Shown here piece after piece: positions 54,835 to 64,000 of a DNA stretch of 64,000 nucleotides. Within the stretch, counting starts at the first letter, position 1, and the number at the start of each line of letters is the position of its first letter. Made by a program: the position numbers and the translations under genes. Under the pieces are notes generated by a model, which saw only the letters and a program-made list of their open reading frames with translations, ran no database searches and had not been told where the DNA came from. The DNA comes from the human T2T-CHM13v2.0 reference genome, Homo sapiens, in NCBI RefSeq assembly GCF_009914755.1, contig NC_060926.1; one strand, 5' to 3'.

Positions 54835-55378
54835 TTTTTTTTTTATTTAAGTTTTAGGGTACATGTGCACAATGTGCAGGTTAGTTACATATGTATACAT
54901 GTGCCATGCTGGTGCGCTGCACCCCTTAACTCGTCATCTAGCATTAGGTATATCTCCCAATGCTATCCCTCCCCCCTCCCCCCACCCCACAACAGTCCCC
55001 AGACTGTGATGTTCCCCTTCCTGTGTCCATGTGTTCTCATTGTTCAGTTCCCACCTATGAGTGAGAATATGCGGTGTTTGGGTTTTTGTTCTTGCAATAG
55101 TTTGCTGAGAATGATGATTTCCAATTTCATCCATGTCCCTACAAAGGACATGAACTCCTCATTTTTATGGCTGCATAGTATTCCATGGTGTATATGTGCC
55201 ACATTTTCTTAATCCAGTCTATCATTGTTGGACATTTGGGTTGGTTCCAAGTCTTTGCTATTGTGAATAGTCCCGCAATAAACATACGTGTGCATGTGTC
55301 TTTATAGCAGCATGATTTATAGTCCTTTGGGTATATACCCAGTAATGGGCTGGGTAAAATGGTATTTCTAGTTCTAGG
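54835..55378 (-). mobile_element. Young 5'-truncated L1 (L1PA2/3-like) 3' end
   Basis: Near-consensus L1PA 3' UTR and ORF2 C-terminus (YPKDYKSCCYKDTCTRMFIAGLFTIAKTWNQPKCPTMIDWIKKMW); perfect 15-bp TSD gccatttccattctt at 54820-54834 and 55379-55393. Confidence 0.97.
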
Positions 55379-55891
55379 GCCATTTCCATTCTTATAGAAA
55401 ATAGTAAAATAATACAAGGGTAGAATTTTGACAGAGAGTTATGTAAATTCACTTAAAAGCAAGGAAAGATTTTATTTAATTTTAATGTTTAAATAATACA
55501 TATTAGAATCAACTCAGTGTCATGAAGCATCTGGTGATAAAAAGATGGGTTTTGTTGACTAAAGTAAACATATTATACAAATCACATGGATATTGAGCCA
55601 CTTATAAGGAGTAAACTGAAAACCACTGAAAGTCTGGTCTCACCAAACTATAGTGTATTGATCAGCTGGCAAGGGATGCCCACCATGTTCACTGTATCAA
55701 AAGGATTGTGATATCTGAGTTCTGGGGAGTAATCCTAGCTGACCTAGCTTCAGTCATTAGCTTAAACCAGGACCACTCTATTCCATTAGACTGCAAGTGC
55801 CTGGAGGTATAAGCCAAGACCTTCTGCTAATTACCCCTCCCTATCCCCATCACTCAGAACAGAGTCTGAAACCTAGTGGTGTTCAGAATTA

Positions 55892-55960
55892 TTAGCTTGG
55901 CTCAAAAGTAATTGCAGTTTTGCCATTTTTTAAACCTCGTTTACTTTTGCACTGATGAAT
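55892..55960. mobile_element. MADE1 (Hsmar1-derived MITE), internally deleted, inside an L2 3' end
   Basis: ttagcttggctcaaaagtaattgcagtttttgccatt...ttacttttgcac. Confidence 0.82.
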
Positions 55961-56089
55961 AAATGTCTGAGTGAGTGAGGAAACAAGTGACCGAGAGCAT
56001 GAGAGGGGAACCCTGAAGAAACCCTTACAGATTTTATGCATGAGGAATGAAGGGAAAGGCTGAACTGTGAGGCACTGTCCTGTTGATGG

Positions 56090-56290
56090 GTGTTTTGGTT
56101 TGGGTTCCTCCAGAAGCAGTCCCTGAGACAAAGATTTGATCACAGGTAATATATTTGGAAGTGATCCCTGGACACACATAGGTAGGGGCTGGCAGAAGAG
56201 AGCCAGGGAAGAGAACATACCTATGAAGGAGAATAAAAGGTTTATGGAGTTTAATGCTGCTGTGGAACTCTAGCAGTTTTTCAGATGGAG
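56090..56290 (-). mobile_element. ERVL LTR relic (LTR16/LTR33-like)
   Basis: tgttttggtttgggttcctccagaagcagtccctgagacaaagatttga...atttggaagtgatccc. Confidence 0.65.
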
Positions 56291-56299
56291 AAACAAGGA

Positions 56300-56780
56300 A
56301 TGACAGAGAAGAGCATGGATAGACTTTTGTACAGGAAGGAAAGAACCATAGAGCATAAAATAGTTGAAGAGCACAATAGATTGGTGAGGCTGGAATGTGC
56401 AAAACATTGGGGCAACAACTGGAGATCAGGTTGGAAATGAAGAGTGAACCATTGGCAAAGGGTCTCTCACGGAATGCTAAAAAATTAGGACTTTTCACTA
56501 TAAATAATGGGAGCCTAGTGAAAGACTTCAATGCAGGCAAGAGACATGAACAGATTTGATTTTTAGAGTAATAATTTTGGGGAAAATGTGGAGAATGGCA
56601 GAGATAGGTAGCACAGAGTGAGAGATCAGAGGTAAGAAGATGAATTCAGAGATCAGAGGTAAGGAGATGAATTCAGAGACTATTAGAATAGACCATGTAC
56701 CATATGCTGCAGGTCCAAACTAGGCAGTAGGAATAGGTGAAGAAGAAAGATTCCAGAGATATCTGACTTGATATTGATAG
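56300..56780 (-). mobile_element. L2 fragment
   Basis: ggtgaggctggaatg...aatgggagcc...gacatgaacagatttgatttttagag. Confidence 0.7.
56621..56674 (+). repeat. 27-bp tandem duplication
   Basis: agagatcagaggtaag(a/g)agatgaattc twice, one mismatch. Confidence 0.9.
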
Positions 56781-56904
56781 GTTTTCTTGACATATATTGT
56801 AAGTCTTGGCAGCTCCCAAATACCCATTGCCTCTGTGGTTTGGAAAACAACCATCAGGATGCCAAGGAGCTAAGCAGAATCTCATTCTTTCAGGAGCCTA
56901 CTAG

Positions 56905-57065
56905 ATTCTTGTTACTCTAGATATAATCCATGGACCAACAATGACAATATCACCTAGGAGCTTGTTAGTAAATATGGCCTCTCCAGCCCAACCCCAAACC
57001 AACTGAACTGAATCTGCATTTTAACAGGTGATTCCCATGCACATTAAAATTTGAAAAAAACATTA
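56905..57065. mobile_element. MER5A-like hAT MITE
   Basis: atcacctaggagcttgttag...gaatctgcattttaacaggtgattcccatgcacattaaaatttga. Confidence 0.8.
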
Positions 57066-58235
57066 CCATATGACATAAATAACTTCTTTAAAGAGGTTTT
57101 TGAAAGTCCAGAGCCAAAGGGTGGCCTTTGGGACTTGGACAAAAGACCTACTCATATAAAAGAGCTATCTTGTCGGCCTTTGTGTAAAATAACCCTGCAT
57201 ATGGTTATTATATTGGTCATGCTATGACAATGCATGATTTTGAATGGTGGCTATTTAATCTCATCAATCCCTTCCAACCCATGATTACGGACTAAATGAG
57301 AAAGAACCAAGACTTACACTGCCTTGTAACTTTTGCCTGTGCCACACCTAAGTCAGAAATTCTGAACTCCCACATCAAAAAGTCAACAGTCCCAGCCAAA
57401 GAACAGCAACAATATCAAAAAATGATTCTGAGCCTAAACTACCCTCACCAAAACAGACAAACAAGAAACCAAAGCTCCAAGCAATTCCCTGGAAATTATC
57501 CATTAATTCCCTGGATAGCTCAATGTGCAAAATCCATTTGAAATTCTACTTATCCCTTATCTTCCATTTGACTCTTCTTTTCGGAACACATAATCTCACA
57601 TGTAGCCTCTTTTTGTTATTTCCCTTCTCAAGCAAGAATAATAGTATTTGATTGCTTAAATTTCTTTATTTTTATGTTGTTCTTGAGTACTTGAATTCAT
57701 TTCCCATTGGCCTTTCAGGTTAGATGTTAAAATTCTGGATGAGCAGCAACGTAGCTGTTTTACTCGTAGACTAAGTTTATTTGCTGCACCTGCCAAAAGA
57801 ATCAAGGCCCACCAGGCTGCACTTCAGTCAAGCTGTTTTGAAAAATTGCAAAGAAAACAAAAGTAGGCCCACAATTTCACAATTTAGTTATCAAAAAATA
57901 GAGGAAAGATTCAAAATAAAGTCTGATTAACCCTCTTAGTAGGGTGAGATTTCACTTACTGGGAAGAACTGATAATGATTATTTCTGAAATAAAACCTCA
58001 TTTTTTTTCATGTCTACCTTTTTTTAATTATAGGAAATGGAAACCAAAATGGGCAAATAATCATTCTTTTCTCAGTAAGAATCTTTCTCATAAATTTGCC
58101 CCTAAAATGTCCAGTCTTTTAAAAATGTTTTGGACAGTAATGAGACAGGTCTGAAAGAGATGCCTTAAAATTTTAGTAGTGCCTAGATTCACTTCACTTA
58201 TTTACCTTTCTTACTTTAAGACAGCTTACATAAGA

Positions 58236-58347
58236 ATAATTAATCTTTTTTTTTTTCCTAGTGAGTACCTGGGTTTGTTATTGAGGTTTCATAATTAATC
58301 TTTTTTTTTTTTTCCTAGTAGGTACCTGGGTTTGTTACTGAGGTTTC
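58236..58347 (+). repeat. ~55-bp tandem duplication
   Basis: ataattaatc(T)n-cctagt(ga/ag)gtacctgggtttgtta(t/c)tgaggtttc twice. Confidence 0.92.
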
Positions 58348-60207
58348 ATGCTTTTTTTTTTTTTTTTAAATCGGGCATAACCATAATTGATTTCCACGGA
58401 AGGGTTTGGCTGAAGACCCAAAGAATTTTTGCTTAACTCATTTTTATTGAACGAAATCCAGAATTTTAGTCAAGAAGCATTAGATATTAATCACATATGA
58501 GTGGGGTCATTAAAATTTCCTTTACCTTCCAGAACTGCAGGTCATTATGGAATCATAAGAAGCAGTGAGCTCACTTAATCTTTACAATTACATAAAAGTG
58601 ATTATTTTCTTAAGTCTTACAAGAAGCTCTTAACTATTAGTTGAAGAGCATGTTGGAATATTAGAACATCTGTGTTGTGTTATTATAGATGTGACTTGTG
58701 AATTAAAAAAAAATTCTCTGACTCAAAACTCTTAGAAGTTACCCTTTCCAGCTTGAATAGTTTTAATTCTTTAACACAGTTTGGGAGTATATATTTTTTA
58801 CCTCGCAAGTAGAGACCTTGTTGCTGAAATATAAATTCCAGTATCATTTCTTAATTATTACACTCTCAACTTTATAGAAAATCAGAGGAACTTCACAGGT
58901 TCTAAAGATTAGGAAAAAAAGAAGAAGAAAATTAGAGGAGAAATGCAATTTTTTTTACTGCACTTAAGAATAACAGTTGGTGACAATTTAAGGTGAGTCA
59001 GTTTAGGGAAAAACTGAGACAAATCCATCCTCTAAATTATTGTTGCCTGTCTCCATCTTTTTCTTGTAACCACTTCTCATCTTTGACTTTGAAACCCAAC
59101 AGTTTAAACTTGGTTCTTATTTCAGTGGGCTAATCCCCTTTCATAAATCTTGCTCAAGAGCTGAAATAATTTGCACATCATTTAAAGAGTATTTGCTTTG
59201 AAATATTCACCTCAAGCCCTTTTGTATATCCTCTCTCTCTAAAGATTTGTAGTATTTGTTTTGTTCTCTGAGGTATAAAAGACCTGGATAAACTTTATTC
59301 CTGTTGTTTCAAGATTAGTTAACGAAAATGCATATTAATTCAGCAGGGACGGAAATAAACCTCAGTAAAGATGATCATACATTCGCCTCTCGGGGATAGC
59401 AAAGTACAAAATGTCAGTCTTCAAATCTCCTTGGACTTGCTCAAAAGAGCATTTGGGGATTTAAATTTCCAGAATATGTCTACAAATGTATTTTCTTTGT
59501 TGTGGAGAACAGAAGCTATACTGATTATTTTTCCCCAGAAAATTGATTCTAATTTGTGTTTGAACAAAAATTAAGCCATCTAGAAAGTAGCACTTCAAGA
59601 AGACAGAGGAAAACTGCCACTGAAAAGGTAAATTTAACATTAAAAATTATATTCTTGATAAGCCACTAAATTTTTAGTTTATTTGTCATCAGATCCCAAA
59701 TCCCAGGATAGTTTCACAGAATTTCTGTATTTTTTTCTATGAAAAAATTAGAATTGAAAGGACCTCAGAAAATCAAAAGTAGACATATTTAAATAGAGTT
59801 AAATGTTCCTCTGCATTTATAAGCTCAAATTTTAAAGTTTGTTGGTCAGCTCAGAAAAAAAATACAAATTTCTCTAGATAATATATTTGTTTCATATGTT
59901 AAGATGTGCCCTGTGTTTTTCTTAAACTGAAAATGACCATAAACTTTTGGCACTTAAGTGCTTATCCGGAAATGACTAAGTGGATTCAGGAGTAATAAAT
60001 CACTCATATGGATCCAGCCACCCACAGTCTTGTTCCACTTCTCTTCTTTACAAGTGTAGTAATAGACATTTCCACAGTCCTCAGGGTGCCGAACTTTGCA
60101 CCATTAGGAAAATCTGCAAGTAGCTTGATTTATCTTCCTCACTCAGTTAGCTAAGACCCAACTAACTAAAAATCAGCAGGAATGAACTTGACTTGTTAAA
60201 CTTTTTT

Positions 60208-60773
60208 AATAGGGAGATGCAACAATTACAACTTTCCTCCTTTGCCACTTCAATTTACATTGGATGTGAAGCCCCTGGTGAAAAATATTCAGATGAGAAC
60301 TCAAATTATAGGTGCATGGCTGGATGATGCTGACTCTAGGTTTTCATTATACACAGAGAATCGTCTGCTGTTTGCAATTAATCCAGACACAATCCTCTTG
60401 GTACTTTGGGAGGAATGCGGAAGAAATAGCCATTTTATAAGTTGTAAACTCCTAAATTACCCTAAATTAGAGACACTATTAATCGAACACTTTGATATAG
60501 GTAGGATCTGCTTATTGTGTAGGCTCATCTTCCCCTGATGGAGCAATCAATTAAATATTTAGGATGTGGAATACCTTCCAGGTTGGATAATGCATTTCAT
60601 TTAAATTATGGCCCTCCAACCCGAAACATTAAAGGGGATCTTAACGGATGGAAGCACATTACTGTCTCTTGGATTGGGCGCATTAACACTTTAAAAATGA
60701 ATGTGCTTCCCAGGATTTCCTATTTGTTCCACCAGCTGCCTGTGGATGTGCCAGATAAACAGTTTAAGGATAA
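60208..60773 (+). pseudogene. Fossil reverse-transcriptase region of an ancient L1-clade LINE (non-mammalian-type ORF2)
   Basis: Collinear L1 RT motifs: FPPLPLQFTLDVKPL (~CPLSPLLFxLxxEPL), SLYTENRLLF (~SLYADDxLLF), IKYLG, LNYGP, DLNGWK, SWIGRINTLKMNVLPRISYLFHQLP. One stop plus frameshift at 60536-60540. Confidence 0.88.
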
Positions 60774-61224
60774 GTATGTAAAAGATGCATGTGTAACTTT
60801 TTGTGTGCTGAGGTGCACCCTTGTAGCAAGAGTCCTCAACTGTGGCCCCTTTGGATTTTTTTTTTTTTTTTGTCTCAATGCTGTAGCAGTCTAAAATGAG
60901 AGTGCTCATTTGATCATGGGAGAGTAGGAGGGAAAGCCAACAAAAGATGTAATTAGACTTCTGACAAAGGTTCTGTCTGTGTTTAATCTTTTATCATTTC
61001 TACCTATAATTTATCCTAATAAATAGTGATTATTACTAGAAAATATTGGGATGATATAGTAGAATTCAAAATAAGCATAAGCTTTCCCATTCTAAAAATA
61101 TTTGGCATAAAGGAAATTATTTAATTTTTACCCAAGGACAATTACTATGTCAAATTTATGAACAGTATTGTAAGAACAGAGTTGTTATGTCTCCCATACC
61201 ACGGAAGCATGGTATAGATATGGT

Positions 61225-61460
61225 AAATACTTTAGAGAGCTTACCAGGCTGTAGGCAGCATTCTAAGCACTTTAATCTACTCTCATTGAATCCTGTCAAC
61301 CCTATGCAGCTCAGTGACATTATTATCATCCCCATTTTATCTATTAAGTGACTGAGGCACTGAAAGGTTAATCAATTTACACAAAGTTATATAATTAAGA
61401 AGTAGCTGAGTTAGAATTTGAAACCAAGCAGTCTAACTTCACAGCCTGGAACCACAAACC
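61225..61460 (-). mobile_element. MIR
   Basis: aggcagcattctaagcacttt...tattatcatccccatttta...gactgaggcac...agaatttgaaaccaagcagtct. Confidence 0.85.
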
Positions 61461-61494
61461 ACTGTGTAGCATCCGGCTTCTGGAGTGAGGTTGA

Positions 61495-61690
61495 TGGTTT
61501 CTGCAATTTACTAGCTCTACAAACTTTGAGCCAGTCACTTAACCTCACTAAGCTACTGTTTTATAATCTTAAAAATGTCAATAATAATAGTATCTACCTC
61601 ACAGAGTTGATTGGAAGCATAAATTAGATTAAGTAATGTAACGTTTATAGCATTGTTTGGGAGAATGTAAGTACTCAATAAATGTTAATC
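61495..61690 (+). mobile_element. MIR
   Basis: tttactagct...gtcacttaacctc...aataataatagtatctacctcacagagttg...gtactcaataaatgtta. Confidence 0.85.
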
Positions 61691-63183
61691 ATAACGTTAG
61701 TACAAGTATTTTCTTTTCTTCCATAGTATTTGGAAAAGTTCTCCTAATTTGGTTAAGAAAATGTTATCTTAAAGATAAATGATTGAAATTCCTAGAGATT
61801 AATGTATTTTCCAAAATGTCTTTGGACTTACAGGGGAAAAATAGTATATTGAGTGCCTTACAGAAGGCTATAAACTTCCTGAACCATGAGTCTGTTTTCA
61901 TTCATTTTCCATTTATAAAAGTCTTGATTCACTATTAACATAATACATAAATATATCATATTAGCTTACTGAGTGAAAACAAATTTATCCAATCGGAAAA
62001 AAAAAAAAAGATGTTAAAGATAGGGGTCAATTTCTTTGTTTCCCAGAGACAGGCTTTTCATATCAAATCTGATAGAACACATGCTTCAGAAGGGAGCAGA
62101 AAACTCAGCTAACTGGTATAATTATGTAACTCAAATGGTCATATTGAGAGGGTTAAACTTTGGCAATAGAATGTGGAAATACAAAGTTCAATGAAGTTGT
62201 AGGAATTTAACTGAAAAGAAATTACTTATCAGCATTTTGATGGGGAATAAACAAACAAAAGAAACAAATTGGTCCTTTCAAAGTTGGGTGGAAAGAATGT
62301 TCCTGAAGCCTTCCTTAGTAATCACCGTCATTGAGAGGCCCTGAGGACTCGTATCTGTAGTAATTGATACCTAGTCCTCATGCTCAAGGAGGAAGACAAC
62401 TGGTATTTATGGGCTTGTCAAGAAAGGAATTAGTTGGAATTCCTTTTTCTACTCCATCTTTCACTAGTCTTTATTGAGCCAAGTTTATTGTAAGTTAGGG
62501 GTGAATCATACAGATACCTTTACTCTTTCAATATGTTAAGAAAACAATTGGGATGAAAAGAGAATCTGATATTTTAAACACCAAGCAATGTGTTTTATTT
62601 GGCTGGGAATACAGTCTTATGGGCAATCACTGTATATTTATCTGTTTGCTTGTTTATTTGGAAGTCCTACCAGTGGAGTAAAGCTCCTCATCTATTGAGC
62701 TCTGATCTTCTTCCACTGAACAGATAGAAAGGAAAGGCCTTAGACAGAATTATAATAAAGGTGTATGAGGCAACTCAGGCTCAACCAGAAAGATCAGCCA
62801 ATCAACTCTGAAAACCAACAAAGATGCAAGTTGCACAGAGCAATACTCCTCCTAATATTTTTCTTACGTTCATAATATGGGTGGATTAATAATTTTTCTG
62901 TGTTGTAATATATTCATAATACAAGCGGATTAACTCAGATTAAAATGCTCTATATCTGGTGAATGAGGGAAGACAAAATAGGCCCTAAAAATGGGAATGC
63001 TTATTTAGGGAACAAACAAAGATGACGTAAACTCTAAAAAGCTGGAGTACTCAGAGCAAGAACTCAGTTCACACATTCACATCACAGACATTTGTAGGGG
63101 AGTTGCTTTGTGCATGCACTGTTTTAAGCACTGGAGTTAAAGAGACTCCAAATGTTATCAATTCCACATTAACAAAGAGAGTT

Positions 63184-63756
63184 TGTTACTGGAAGGGGCT
63201 CCCAATCCAGACTCCAAGACAGGGTTCTTGGACCTCGCGCAAGAAAGAATCTGAGGTGAGTCCACAGAGTAAAGCAAAAGCAAGATTATTAAGGAAGTAA
63301 AGGAATAAAAGAATAGCTACTCCATAGAGCCGTTCTGAGGGCTGCTGGTTGGCTATTTTTATTGTCGTTTCTTGATTATATGCTAAACAAGGTGGGGCTT
63401 ATTCATTAGTTTTCAAGGAAAGAGGTGAGCAATTCCCGGAACTTTTTAGAACATGCTAAAGGACATACTAAAAGACATTTAGCATGCTGATGCATTATAG
63501 TTAGTGTATAAGGAGCAGTAAGGACGACCAAAGGTCACTTTCATTGCCATCTTGGTTTTGGTGGGATTTGGCTGGCTTCTTTACCACATCCTTTTATCAG
63601 CAAGGTCTTTGTGACCTATACCTTGTACTGACCTCCTATCTCATCCTGTGACTAAGAATATCTTAAACTCTTGGGATTGCAGCCCCAGAGGTTTTATCCT
63701 TATTTTACCCAGCCGCTATTCAAGATGGAGTTGCTCTGGTTCAAACACCTCTGACA
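63184..63756 (-). mobile_element. MER41B solo LTR (ERV1) with internal deletion
   Basis: Reverse strand begins tgtcagaggtgtttgaaccagagcaactccatcttgaatag and ends ...cccttccagtaaca, the MER41 termini. Contains the B-subfamily segment (tataatgcatcagcatgctaaa) and the tandem GAS region. Confidence 0.92.
63412..63441. promoter_or_regulatory. Tandem GAS (STAT1) motifs within MER41B
   Basis: TTCAAGGAA at 63412-63420 and TTCCCGGAA at 63433-63441, both fitting TTCNNNGAA. Confidence 0.65.
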
Positions 63757-64000
63757 TTTATGGTCAAATTTTAGGTAGCTATTTCCCATTCTCTAACAAG
63801 TTGATTTAATTTAAAGATGATTATACACATGATGAAATACTGTTAAAATATTCCTGCTTGATTTTATTAACAAAACGAATATAGTATTTTGATCTAATTT
63901 ACATGTCTAGCTCATATTGAATTTTTTAAGAAATTTCGCATTTACATTAGGTCCAAACTCTCATCTATGGAGTATTAAGTAGCGCCATGACCACAGTCCA

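Noticed and set aside
54730-55452. Cluster of ORFs up to 160 aa
   Set aside because: All lie in the truncated L1PA 3' end.
55892-56540. 108-aa and 168-aa minus-strand ORFs
   Set aside because: They span L2, LTR and MADE1 relics, with no recognisable domain.
61225-61690. Head-to-head MIR pair as a hairpin or miRNA precursor
   Set aside because: The copies look too diverged for a stable long stem by eye.

Overview
Primate, almost certainly human, genomic DNA that is AT-rich, CpG-depleted and mostly intronic. Two spliced coding exons on the + strand (43796-43894, 99 nt; 45108-45237, 130 nt) translate contiguously as ITTVSGNEFLLQSDIDFIILDWFHAIKNAIDRL|PKDSSCPSRNLELFKIQRSSSTELLSHYDSDIKEQKPEHRKSL. 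I recognise this as the end of the PH domain and the linker of the Rac1 GAP ARHGAP15 (exons 7 and 8 by recollection). The rest is intron containing seven Alus, L1PA/L1PB/L1M fragments, L2 and MIR relics, DNA-transposon MITEs, MaLR/ERVL LTR relics and a MER41B solo LTR with both GAS motifs intact. The most unusual item is a ~570-nt fossil reverse-transcriptase region at ~60.2-60.8 kb. It resembles fish/amphibian-type L1 ORF2 rather than mammalian L1, keeps long open frames, and is bracketed by splice-like signals that would join it in frame to exon 8. Repeat family names come from recognising consensus sequences by eye, and boundaries of old elements are approximate.
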